NCBI GenBank assembly: GCA_036677065.1
Contig: JAKFBS010000002.1
Coordinates: forward strand, 384,001-448,000
Source of the DNA: Bdellovibrio sp.
Lineage (GTDB): Bacteria; Bdellovibrionota; Bdellovibrionia; Bdellovibrionales; Bdellovibrionaceae
DNA length: 64,000 nucleotides
Reading direction: 5' to 3'
A program made the position numbers and the translations under genes. A model generated the notes under the pieces. The model was given only the letters and a program-made list of their open reading frames with translations. It was not told the origin of the DNA and searched no databases. The first letter of the stretch is position 1; each line of letters begins with the position of its first letter. Shown here piece after piece: positions 48,013 through 57,551 of this stretch.

Positions 48013-49179
48013 ATGAGTAAAAAATTAAACTTTCTGCTTTTGAGTTTTATCGCATCCGCTGGCGTTTATGCCTACCTTTCATACCATCATTACATGGTTA
48101 AATTAGGTCTTGGCGGCACAAGTCTTTGCCAAGTCAGCGATACGATCAACTGTGACGTGGCAGCACTAAGCCAGTACGCCGAAATCCTAAACATTCCCAT
48201 CGCTGTTATTGGACTGAGTTATTCAATTATTATGTTAGGCGTTTTTCTTTTCGCCAAATTTGGTTGGTTTGAAGAAAGCGAAGGCTACCAAACTATCGTG
48301 AAGGGCTTAACTGCATTTTCAGCGCTTGTTTCTTTAGTCTTGTTAGGCATTTCAATTATGCAACTTAAAGTATTTTGCCCGTTCTGTATTGCGGGTTATG
48401 TACTTTCTTTTGTGATCGTGTTTTTAACTTGGTCACTTTATTCTGATACTAAATTTAGTTTAAATTTTTCGGTATTATCTGCAGAAAAAGGAATTCTAGG
48501 CACACTACTAGCGGTGCCCCTGTTAGCTTGGTTTATTTCAGGTTCAGTGCGCGACAATTACGGTTTAGATCAAATGCAAAAAATCGTTCCTGAAAAAATT
48601 TTTCAATGGCAAAAATCTCCGGTCGTCACGTTTGATGATACTGTTGGACTAATTAAAGGCAGCACTGAAGCCACAGCTCCAGTACTTGTTGAATTTGCTG
48701 ACTTTAAATGTCCACACTGCAAATCTGCTGCTAATACGATCAAAAATTACTTATCCGGCAATAAAAATGTGAAAATGGTTTTCAAACCCTACCCGCTTGA
48801 TGGCGTTTGTAATCCGCACATGCCACAAAAAGGCGATGGCTCACGTTGTGAATTAGCCGGCTGGGCATTATGTGGCGAAAAATTATTTTCAAAAGGCTGG
48901 GATGTTCACTACTGGATTTTTGATCACCAAGAAGCCATGATGCATGATTCAGACTTATCTTCACACTTAACAGCAATGGGTAAAGATCTGGGCATTGATA
49001 CCGCACAACTTAAAACTTGCGCTACCTCAGCCGAAACTTACGACATCATCAAAAAAAGTGCTGCTGAAGGTGAAGCTGCTAAAATCACTGGAACACCGGC
49101 AATTTTTGTTAATGGCAAAAAACTGGAATACGGCCAATTTATTGACGTACTTCGTGGTGCTATTCAAACTTTGAAATAA
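48013..49179 (+). CDS. VKOR-DsbA/thioredoxin fusion (disulfide bond formation)
   Basis: VKOR C-x7-CD...S.YA and CPFC; DsbA FADFKCPHC and cis-Pro GTP. Confidence 0.9.
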   Translation: MSKKLNFLLLSFIASAGVYAYLSYHHYMVKLGLGGTSLCQVSDTINCDVAALSQYAEILNIPIAVIGLSYSIIMLGVFLFAKFGWFEESEGYQTIVKGLTAFSALVSLVLLGISIMQLKVFCPFCIAGYVLSFVIVFLTWSLYSDTKFSLNFSVLSAEKGILGTLLAVPLLAWFISGSVRDNYGLDQMQKIVPEKIFQWQKSPVVTFDDTVGLIKGSTEATAPVLVEFADFKCPHCKSAANTIKNYLSGNKNVKMVFKPYPLDGVCNPHMPQKGDGSRCELAGWALCGEKLFSKGWDVHYWIFDHQEAMMHDSDLSSHLTAMGKDLGIDTAQLKTCATSAETYDIIKKSAAEGEAAKITGTPAIFVNGKKLEYGQFIDVLRGAIQTLK

Positions 49180-49182
49180 TAA

Positions 49183-49734
49183 TTATTCGATATTAAAAAA
49201 TTTAAATACGAATTCTAAGGACTTATTCAAATAATCATCAAACACGATGAAAAAAGTTGCGCCAAGTCCTTCGAATATTTCAATCACAACGGCTGAAATC
49301 ACAACAACTACTGTTGAAAACCAAACTGCTTTAACTAACATTGTTGTCGATTTAATATCTGATAGGCGCAATTCTTCCTGGCAAGTTTCTATTTTGCGCA
49401 TGACTGATTTTAACTCTTGAAAATGGTCACGGTATCTTTCACGCAATTCACTTTGTTTTGATTTTGTAAGTAGGCTCAGACCCGGAAAATTTCTTTTCGT
49501 GCGAATGGCAAAAATTAAATCGATCGCATGATTTACATAGCGGTCAATACGTTCTTTAAAATTCGGGTAATCAGAATCTCGTTCTAAAAAATCTTTTAAA
49601 TAGTTGATGGCACGGTCATATTCTTCGTTCACTACAAACGTTAAAACGTTGTAGCGAACTGTATCCGGCACGCCCAGATCACTGATATCCAGATCGTTGA
49701 CGGCTCGCTTATCTTTAAATGACATTGCACCCAT
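49183..49734 (-). CDS. Hypothetical protein with C-terminal TM (start moved to ATG 49734)
   Basis: ATG 7 nt after sigma28 -10 box; helical body, C-terminal hydrophobic segment. Confidence 0.75.
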   Translation of the reverse strand: MGAMSFKDKRAVNDLDISDLGVPDTVRYNVLTFVVNEEYDRAINYLKDFLERDSDYPNFKERIDRYVNHAIDLIFAIRTKRNFPGLSLLTKSKQSELRERYRDHFQELKSVMRKIETCQEELRLSDIKSTTMLVKAVWFSTVVVVISAVVIEIFEGLGATFFIVFDDYLNKSLEFVFKFFNIE

Positions 49735-49741
49735 AAGGCTT

Positions 49742-49768
49742 ATATCGGCCTTTGAGAGGCAAAACTGG
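49742..49768 (-). promoter_or_regulatory. sigma28-type promoter
   Basis: CCAG-N15-GCCGATAT. Confidence 0.7.
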
Positions 49769-49876
49769 AGCAAAATCTCGGGATTTAAGTCTAGTTTTAT
49801 GGGTTAAAGGCCTGATCCTATTTCGGGTCGAGGTCTGGCTATGTGATAATTAAGACTGTTACTTCAGGAGGAAGTT

Positions 49877-50899
49877 ATGGATTTTGAACTTAAGCATTTA
49901 GAAATGGTTCAAGGTGATACTCAATCCGCACGCGCACAGGATGTGACTCGTTCGATTGGCTCTTCACAAGTTTTAGAAGACTTAACCGGTCAAATCGAAG
50001 AACTTCAGAGTAAAATTAAAGTCAGCTATCGTAAATTATTACTATACGAAACTGAAAATCAAAAATTAATTCAGGAAAAGAACTCTTTCTTTTTCGAAAA
50101 TAAAGTTTTTGCTGAACATAATTCTATTTTAATTGAAAAAAATAAAATTTTACAAAGCACGCACGATGAAATGGCAACGTCGATCGAGAAAAAAACTCTT
50201 AAAATCGAAATCGCCGAAAAACTTATCGAAGCGCAAAAAACTGATTTAGGCCGTCTTTCTAAGTTTCACGAAAAAGTTAAAAACATCATCAAACCGTTTG
50301 TTGAAAATCTAAAGCAACAGATCACGGTTTTGACTGCTGAAAATGCGCAAAAAACACGCCTTATCACTCAGTTAGAAACTTACCAGGCTGAATTACAATT
50401 AAACATCACAGTCCAAGCTCAAACTATCGAGACAAATTCGAATCGCTATGCGCACGAGAAAAAATCTTTGATTCAAAGTTACGAAGAACAAATTCACTTT
50501 TTATCAAAAGAGATCGTCGAACAGCAACAAAGAACACTTGATGCTAATAACGAGAACTTACGTCTTAAAAAACAAGTTGAAACGAAACATTTCGTAGAAA
50601 ATGAGCTTGTTAAGTACAAACGCGTACAAGACGAAAATATCCAAACTGTGAACGCGTTACGCTTAAAAGAAAACGAATTAAGTCGCCAATTAACAGAGAG
50701 TCATGTTTCAGAATCTAATCATAAAAACCAGATGATTAACATGACTGGCGAAATGGAACGCCAACGCGAATTGCTTGACGCCACTAGAAAACAATTAAGT
50801 CACAAAATCACAGAAGTTGAAGATTTAACATTGCGACTTAAAATGTTAGAAAAGCTAAACTCTAATCTTTCTTTAAATTTAAAAGATCATCAGACCTAA
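49877..50899 (+). CDS. Long coiled-coil hypothetical protein
   Basis: AGGAGG SD; E/K/Q/L-rich heptads over ~300 aa, one Pro. Confidence 0.8.
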   Translation: MDFELKHLEMVQGDTQSARAQDVTRSIGSSQVLEDLTGQIEELQSKIKVSYRKLLLYETENQKLIQEKNSFFFENKVFAEHNSILIEKNKILQSTHDEMATSIEKKTLKIEIAEKLIEAQKTDLGRLSKFHEKVKNIIKPFVENLKQQITVLTAENAQKTRLITQLETYQAELQLNITVQAQTIETNSNRYAHEKKSLIQSYEEQIHFLSKEIVEQQQRTLDANNENLRLKKQVETKHFVENELVKYKRVQDENIQTVNALRLKENELSRQLTESHVSESNHKNQMINMTGEMERQRELLDATRKQLSHKITEVEDLTLRLKMLEKLNSNLSLNLKDHQT

Positions 50900-51200
50900 T
50901 AGCGTCTGATAGAGTCGAATAGGTCTTCATACTCATGCCTTTAAGCTCTAAAAGGCGATAAAAGTCATGCTGAAGGCCTACAATTTTAGCTTCTGGAATC
51001 ACATTAATTGATTCAAAAAACGTGGTAATATTGGCTGACGCCGTGAAGTTTAACCCATCAAGGCAAAATACGACCTTGCGGCCTTTAAGCTTTTGTTCAC
51101 ACACATCTCTAAATGGTTTATTTTGATCTGGCTCGATTCGGCCTTTTATTTCAACAACAGTAACAGTGCCTACTTCATAGAACTTTGCTTGCATATTCAC
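50862..51200 (-). CDS. STAS-domain (anti-sigma antagonist-like) protein
   Basis: VTVVEIKGRI, VVF.L.GLNF..S pattern. Confidence 0.7.
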   Translation of the reverse strand: MNMQAKFYEVGTVTVVEIKGRIEPDQNKPFRDVCEQKLKGRKVVFCLDGLNFTASANITTFFESINVIPEAKIVGLQHDFYRLLELKGMSMKTYSTLSDAIRSDDLLNLKKD

Positions 51201-51294
51201 CCGCCTATTAGGCTTATCGTTTTTATTAGAAATAAGTGAATAGACCTCAGTCTTGAAGTGACAAATAATTATTCTCTTTTTAGACTTTTACTCA

Positions 51295-53706
51295 GTGAAT
51301 TACACCTGGATCAGACTACTTTTATTAATCGGATTAAGCTTTGGCACCAAAGCCTTGGCTCAGACAGGACCACCAACGTCTCAAAAAGTGGCCGTGTCAG
51401 CACCTGTGCAGGCCGATTCTCCTTCGCTAATTTCATCTAAAATTTCTGGCTTTACCATTACAGCCGAAAATCTTTATCGCGATTTAGAAAAAGACATCAT
51501 TCAAATTTCTGGCAGCGTACAAATTATTTATCAAAATCAACATTTCAGCGCTGACTTTGTTGAAATCAACCTAAAGAAAAAGCACGCCTATTTTCGCGGG
51601 CGCGTAAATATTCAAACTATTGAATACAACGTCGGCGGCGACGAAGTTAGTCTTGATTATTACTCAAACCAGGCCTTGATCGTTAACGGCTACGTGCAAT
51701 CCAACAACATTACCTTTAAAGGTAAACTGATTGAACAACGTGGCCCGACGACGTTCTTTATTGCCGATGCAGATTTTACGACATGCACCAACTGCCCTTC
51801 GACCTGGAGTTTTCAAGGCAGTCAGATTCGCGCTGAACTTGGTGGCTATGCGTTTTTAAAAAATACGTTTTTAAAAGTCAGTGATGTTCCTATTTTTTGG
51901 CTTCCGTACTTAGTGTTACCACTTAAGAACGAACGTCAGTCAGGCTTTTTATTTCCAGAGTTTGGTTATATCCGCAATCGCGGTTTATTTTTCTCTGAAA
52001 GTTTTTTCTGGGCGATATCAAGATCGCAAGATTTAACCTTCACTTTGAAAAACTATGAACTGGGTGGATTAAAAGAACTTGTTGAGTACCGTTATGCTTT
52101 GAGTGATTTTAGCGGTGGCCAGTTAAATGTGGCGCACTTCAATGACACCGTATTTTCTGCTGACTATGCAAAAACCGGACAAATTAACGAGGGCACTACT
52201 TTTCGGCGTTGGGCGATTCAAGGCTATTCGCAACAAGAAATTAATGATGTTGCTCAGGTCAGAGTAAAGATTAACCAAATCAGCGATCTTCAGTACCCTA
52301 AAGATTTTTATGAAGAATTTAAAACTTATGCTGAAGGTGGTTTAGAAAATAGATTAAACATTTCTGCTCATAGTGATCATGCCTTAGGTCAGTTCGATTC
52401 AATCTATTATAAACATTTACTTGAAAGTGATCCACTTCAGTCAAACTCTTCAGCGGTTCATGCACTACCTGAATTAAAATTTGACATCACAACAACTCAA
52501 ATTGCTGACTCGCCCATTTATTTTAAATTAAATGCCCAATACGATAATTTCTATCGCAAAAACAAGTGGGACGATATTTCTACTTTAGATAGCCAAAAAT
52601 ACGTTACCAATATTGCGAACAATCCGGCCTGCGCCCACAATGCAAGCACAGGCTGCACATCAGTTTACGATGGCGCTTTTAATCAAGGTAACGACATCCT
52701 GCGCACAGGCCAGCGCGTATTTTACAAAGCTTCATTACTTACACAAAGTTTTACCCCGGTAGATTATTTAAATGTTTCGCCCGAAGTTTCTTACAACGAA
52801 GCCCATTACTTTTTCTCAGAAGGCGATGACCGATATAATTCACGCCGTTATGCCCAAATTGATATTAATTCACGCAGCCGTATGTACCGAATTTATGAAT
52901 CAGATAATCAAGATACCAAATATAAGCATGAGTTAATTCCTGAACTTTCATACACCTATATTCCCTTTGTTGAACAAGATGCCCATCCATTTTTCGGAAA
53001 CATTGAAAACGGCGAATATTCTTTTTCATCACGCAATAATTTGGCCGACTCTGATTTAAATACGCCTTATGGTTTACAATACGACTATTACGACCGTATT
53101 TATGATCGTCATTTAGTGACCCTGACTTTTCTAAATCGTGTCATTAAAAAACGTATGTCTGACAAATCTTATAAGAATATTTTAGATTTTCGCTTAGCAC
53201 AGTCTTACGACCTCTACCAGATTCAAAATAAATACAGTCAAAGCAACCAACCTTTATCGGATTTATCAGGAACACTTAATTTAAATATTGATCAATTTAC
53301 ATTTGCAAACCAATTCAATTATTATCCGTACTTGTCTGCAACAAATTCAACAACATCACTTTCTTATCTTAACGATCAGCAACAGTATTTTAAAATTGGT
53401 TACAACTCAAACCGAGCGCAAGGTCCGCGCGTTGATGATGTGGTCTTAGCCTTAGGTTTTGTAACAAAATATATTAATGTCTTATCAGGGTTTATCGTCG
53501 ACACCAGCGAAGACCGCAGCAGCGATTCACGACTTAAAAAGTTTTCTTTAATTACCCAATTAAAACCCCCGGGCGAATGTTGGGGAGTTAACTTTTACCG
53601 CGAACAACAAGTCGGTCTAGAGGCTGAATGGCGCGTGCGTTTTGATTTCTCTTTCGACGGAAAACCACCAAAGATTATTCCGCCGGATGAGTTAAAAATT
53701 CAATAG
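51295..53706 (+). CDS. lptD: LPS assembly protein LptD
   Basis: Signal peptide, OstA-like N-domain, FTTC, P....R.SGFL.P, beta-barrel ending ECW. Confidence 0.9.
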   Translation: MNYTWIRLLLLIGLSFGTKALAQTGPPTSQKVAVSAPVQADSPSLISSKISGFTITAENLYRDLEKDIIQISGSVQIIYQNQHFSADFVEINLKKKHAYFRGRVNIQTIEYNVGGDEVSLDYYSNQALIVNGYVQSNNITFKGKLIEQRGPTTFFIADADFTTCTNCPSTWSFQGSQIRAELGGYAFLKNTFLKVSDVPIFWLPYLVLPLKNERQSGFLFPEFGYIRNRGLFFSESFFWAISRSQDLTFTLKNYELGGLKELVEYRYALSDFSGGQLNVAHFNDTVFSADYAKTGQINEGTTFRRWAIQGYSQQEINDVAQVRVKINQISDLQYPKDFYEEFKTYAEGGLENRLNISAHSDHALGQFDSIYYKHLLESDPLQSNSSAVHALPELKFDITTTQIADSPIYFKLNAQYDNFYRKNKWDDISTLDSQKYVTNIANNPACAHNASTGCTSVYDGAFNQGNDILRTGQRVFYKASLLTQSFTPVDYLNVSPEVSYNEAHYFFSEGDDRYNSRRYAQIDINSRSRMYRIYESDNQDTKYKHELIPELSYTYIPFVEQDAHPFFGNIENGEYSFSSRNNLADSDLNTPYGLQYDYYDRIYDRHLVTLTFLNRVIKKRMSDKSYKNILDFRLAQSYDLYQIQNKYSQSNQPLSDLSGTLNLNIDQFTFANQFNYYPYLSATNSTTSLSYLNDQQQYFKIGYNSNRAQGPRVDDVVLALGFVTKYINVLSGFIVDTSEDRSSDSRLKKFSLITQLKPPGECWGVNFYREQQVGLEAEWRVRFDFSFDGKPPKIIPPDELKIQ

Positions 53707-53713
53707 TCTCAGG

Positions 53714-55123
53714 CTATTCACTTTTAATCAAAGTGCAGCCGAAATTTTCACCACGATACTGAGCAACCGCTTTTTGGCCAAATAAACCACTACCAAATTG
53801 GGCGGTCACAGTTCCGTCTTGGTTAACTTTAAGTTCAGGCAATACCTTAGCGATGACTTTAAGATCTTTTTTACAAGCTGCTTCACTGCGCCCAACGACC
53901 ATACGGCAAGAACAGTATTCTTTAGCGCCATAAGCACGCATTAAATGCGGAAAACTTGTTCCCAGCTCACTGTTTGTATCATCAGCCGACTGGTCAGCCC
54001 ACGTTTTTGTAATTGCTGCTTTTTCTGCGAAAGTTTTAGAGTCTCCTACTGTTTCATAGCTGTAACCTTTAGCTAAAATAAATTTTTTCGTGGCCGCATA
54101 AAACTTAAGGCGATCAAAATCTTTTTCATCCATCGAAAGTTTAACCATCACTAAATTTTGTGACGGGCTAGACATCACGATCTGACCTTGAAACCCGTAC
54201 ATAATCACCGAATCTAAAGGTAAATCATTATAAGCCGATGGCTGATTTCTGCCTTCAATCGGAAGATTTGTAATAGCTTGCATAGAGTAGGCTTTGTTTT
54301 CAGGGTTTCCCTCTTGAACTTTTTTCTGAACGCCATCTGCAACTTTATTCAATAGTTCTATGTATCGAGCCGGAATAATTTGCTTCCCGTTCCAAGTGCC
54401 TTTGTTCATTACAAGTTGGCCCATTTTTAAAAAATCAGGCGCTGACATATAGATATAAGCAGAACCTACAAAAGTGCCGTTCATATCTTGTTCAAACGTT
54501 GCCTTAATTCCTAAGGGTTTAAATAATTTTTCAAATGGATAATTGTTATAAACTTCTTTGTTATTGATAGCGCTTTGTAAAATGCCTAATAAAATATTCG
54601 TATCCCCACTTGAATAATTAAAATACTCGCCTGGTCCACCAGTTGGAGAAAGTGGATTTCTTAACATGTAATCCACATAACCCTTTGCGTGGCCATCCAA
54701 ATATAACATGTTCGTTAAATCTAAATTCAACGGAAGCCCCTCAAAAGCTTCTTTATATTTAATTCCCGAAGACATTCCTAAAACATCAATGATGCGTGCA
54801 TTGTTTTGAAATGTTGGCAGATATTTTTTAACGGGATCGTTAATTGAAAGTAAACCTTCACCTTCAGCGATACCAATTAAAATTCCCGACATGGTTTTAG
54901 CGGTCGACCAAGAAAGATGTTTTGTTTTCGGCGTGTACTCACGAGCGTAGTATTCGTAAATAACTTTTCCGTCTTTATAAATAATCACTGCATCGGTGTT
55001 GGCTTTTTTGGTGTCGCGAAGAGCTGTGGTTAACTCGTCTTCTGGTGTTGTCGCCTTTGATAACGACGTAATGAATATGGTACATAACAATATGGCTACG
55101 ATTCTCGAAAACCCGTGTTTCAT
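53714..55123 (-). CDS. Secreted serine hydrolase, beta-lactamase/AmpC-like family
   Basis: SWSTAKT (SxxK), FNYSSG, G.QGQ; signal peptide. Confidence 0.88.
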   Translation of the reverse strand: MKHGFSRIVAILLCTIFITSLSKATTPEDELTTALRDTKKANTDAVIIYKDGKVIYEYYAREYTPKTKHLSWSTAKTMSGILIGIAEGEGLLSINDPVKKYLPTFQNNARIIDVLGMSSGIKYKEAFEGLPLNLDLTNMLYLDGHAKGYVDYMLRNPLSPTGGPGEYFNYSSGDTNILLGILQSAINNKEVYNNYPFEKLFKPLGIKATFEQDMNGTFVGSAYIYMSAPDFLKMGQLVMNKGTWNGKQIIPARYIELLNKVADGVQKKVQEGNPENKAYSMQAITNLPIEGRNQPSAYNDLPLDSVIMYGFQGQIVMSSPSQNLVMVKLSMDEKDFDRLKFYAATKKFILAKGYSYETVGDSKTFAEKAAITKTWADQSADDTNSELGTSFPHLMRAYGAKEYCSCRMVVGRSEAACKKDLKVIAKVLPELKVNQDGTVTAQFGSGLFGQKAVAQYRGENFGCTLIKSE

Positions 55124-55244
55124 AGTGAATACTCCCTGATATGGAAACGATCTCTTAATTAGAATGTTTGCACCAGTTATGTTGCATTCGGTCGATTTTA
55201 TTCATGAATATGCAGCCGTGAATGCGGCAGATCTCCCCGCGAGT

Positions 55245-55505
55245 TTACATATTCCACTTAAACTGATCCCAAGATTCCTTAACTCCGGCTCGAAATTTTT
55301 TAGAACATAAGAGGGCTGCAGTAAATCCGATAAAAAGAAGATCTCCTACCGCAACTAAAATTGAAAAATTGTAAATCGTATCCACGAAAAGCGTTGCTCC
55401 AACCCAAAAATAAAGAGCAAGCACTGTAAAGCCAAAAATAACTGAACCTATATAGACAATGGGAAATAATAGGACTTTAAATACAACTCTAAAGAATTCT
55501 TTCAT
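55245..55505 (-). CDS. Small membrane hypothetical protein
   Basis: Starts 2 nt after yraN stop; two hydrophobic segments. Confidence 0.6.
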   Translation of the reverse strand: MKEFFRVVFKVLLFPIVYIGSVIFGFTVLALYFWVGATLFVDTIYNFSILVAVGDLLFIGFTAALLCSKKFRAGVKESWDQFKWNM

Positions 55506-55507
55506 TC

Positions 55508-55972
55508 TTAGATCGTTTCATCGAGCGATATAAATTGCAACTTTCCGTCCTGTAAGACAAACACCACAAACCCATCAACTCTTATGTTACGCACGCAATT
55601 TCTGCGTCTCTCTCCAAGTAAGACATACTTCAAACGCTGAATCTGCTTTGTTCCTACCCGCTCAAAAGCGCGCCAAGAATTATCTAAATACTTCACTTCT
55701 AATAAAACTCTGCGCTTTTCTTTTTCGACAACAAGATCAACTTCAACGCCATCAAACTTTGTTCGTTCACTTGAAATGCTCCACCCTTTTGATAGAAAAT
55801 ACTTTCGAACGACAGCTTCAGCGTCTGCGCCCCGCTGGTGAAATTTATCTGTTAGTTTAGAGGTGCTCTTTGACGCCGCCGAAGGTTTTTCGGTGGTGGA
55901 TGGTTGGTTTAAAGTTTTCAATGGCTGTGCGGTGAATTTCGGTCGCGTAGCCTTTGTGTTTTTCAAATCCAT
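55508..55972 (-). CDS. yraN: YraN family (UPF0102) endonuclease-like protein; start uncertain
   Basis: RG..AE, EVDLV, LEVK motifs; position after rnhB. Confidence 0.8.
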   Translation of the reverse strand: MDLKNTKATRPKFTAQPLKTLNQPSTTEKPSAASKSTSKLTDKFHQRGADAEAVVRKYFLSKGWSISSERTKFDGVEVDLVVEKEKRRVLLEVKYLDNSWRAFERVGTKQIQRLKYVLLGERRRNCVRNIRVDGFVVFVLQDGKLQFISLDETI

Positions 55973-56492
55973 AAACAGGGAATTCCTTTGCAAGCTCTGC
56001 CATTAACTGATCACGCGCCACTTTGGCGATGATAGAAGCTGCAGAGATGCAACGCATGTGCTGATCCCCTTTGATAATAGGTAACTGTTTGTAGTCTTTA
56101 AGATCCGAAACGCGGTCACGCCCGTCGATCAGAAGTGTTCCGCTCTTGATATTTAACTGATCTTTTAGTTTGTGTTCTAAAGAGCGAACAGCTCTTGTCA
56201 TAGCCAGATAAGTGGCTTGAAGAATATTGATCTCATCAACTTCTTCAACCGATGCCCAGCCCAGAGCCCAATGGTGATTGGCGCGAATTTCTAAAGCTAA
56301 GGCTTCACGTTTTTCTTCTGTCAGGACTTTTGAATCAAGAAAATGTTTTACAGGGAATTTATCATTTAAAATGACAACGCCGGCACACACTGGGCCGGCG
56401 AGGCATCCACGCCCTACTTCATCGATACCGATAAATGGGGTTGGAAGATCTTTTAACTTTTTAACGTTAAAAGTATTATTTTTTTGAGTCAT
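55857..56492 (-). CDS. rnhB: Ribonuclease HII
   Basis: [40 protein letters not shown]. Confidence 0.97.
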   Translation of the reverse strand: MTQKNNTFNVKKLKDLPTPFIGIDEVGRGCLAGPVCAGVVILNDKFPVKHFLDSKVLTEEKREALALEIRANHHWALGWASVEEVDEINILQATYLAMTRAVRSLEHKLKDQLNIKSGTLLIDGRDRVSDLKDYKQLPIIKGDQHMRCISAASIIAKVARDQLMAELAKEFPVYGFEKHKGYATEIHRTAIENFKPTIHHRKTFGGVKEHL

Positions 56493-56919
56493 TAGATGAA
56501 GTAGCTACTAATTCAGACTCGATACGAGCTGCTTTACCATCTAAATCACGTAAGTAATAAAGTTTAGCGCGACGTACTTTACCGTGAGCAACTAATTCAA
56601 CTGAATCAATAGCTGGAGAGTTGAACGGGAAAGTTCTTTCAACGCCTACACCCGCAGAAATTTTACGAACTGTAAAAGATTTGTGAGCGTGACCTTGAAT
56701 TTTAGTCACAACGCCTTTGTATAACTGAACGCGCTCTTTTTCACCTTCGATAATTTTAACGTATACGTTAACAGTATCACCTGGAGCAAAAGTTGCGATT
56801 TTTGCATTTTTAGTCGATTTTTGAGTCATGCGCTTAACGAAATTAGTTTCAGTTCCTTTTGCTGGAGCTGCTTTTTTCATTTTTTTAGAAGTCGCTTTTT
56901 TTGCTGCTGCTTTTGCCAT
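56476..56919 (-). CDS. rplS: 50S ribosomal protein L19 with basic N-terminal extension
   Basis: [35 protein letters not shown]. Confidence 0.97.
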   Translation of the reverse strand: MAKAAAKKATSKKMKKAAPAKGTETNFVKRMTQKSTKNAKIATFAPGDTVNVYVKIIEGEKERVQLYKGVVTKIQGHAHKSFTVRKISAGVGVERTFPFNSPAIDSVELVAHGKVRRAKLYYLRDLDGKAARIESELVATSSNDSKK

Positions 56920-56978
56920 AAATAGTCCTTATTCATTTGGACCTCAGGTCCAATTATCTTTCAAAAAGAAGTATTGTG

Positions 56979-57551
56979 TTACCATGACCCTAGGAGTCGG
57001 TCAAGACAGATACTTACAGCAGCTCTTACACAAAGATGCCGATAATCGTCTTTAGAATCACCTTTGATTGGATCTAAAACAGCATGGCAGTTACGCATGA
57101 AATCTTGGGTTAAGCCAAAACCTGTTCCAAAAACAAGCATATACGGGTCATCATCCTGCTCTAAAACGTTTTTAAAGCGCTCAAAGGTGAATTTTTCCTG
57201 CCCAGGCAGGTTGCGCGCGTGAGTTGCGACGATACGGGCATTAGGGTGACCCCAATCAGCCATAGCCTCATGAACATTACTTGCGGTCCTGACATCAGTC
57301 AGAGCCGTCTTACGCATGGGATTTAATCTGGCCCCCTCACCGGTTCTCCAGTGGTCTAAAACTCGGCCAACAAACATCTGTTGCTCTTGCGCAGGATGAA
57401 CCAAGTAATACCGTTCAACCCCATACACGCGACAACTTCTGGCGATATCATGAATGTCAAAATTAGTAATATTGGTCGCGCAAAGATCGCCTTGGCGATC
57501 GACAATCGGATAGTGAAGCAAGGCTACGGCTAAAGGGGCTTTACGTTTCAT
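56979..57551 (-). CDS. SPOUT RNA methyltransferase (TrmD-associated family)
   Basis: LHYP, TNFDIHDIARS, FGTGFGL, Y.HL.VRAA.SI.LDRL. Confidence 0.85.
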   Translation of the reverse strand: MKRKAPLAVALLHYPIVDRQGDLCATNITNFDIHDIARSCRVYGVERYYLVHPAQEQQMFVGRVLDHWRTGEGARLNPMRKTALTDVRTASNVHEAMADWGHPNARIVATHARNLPGQEKFTFERFKNVLEQDDDPYMLVFGTGFGLTQDFMRNCHAVLDPIKGDSKDDYRHLCVRAAVSICLDRLLGSW

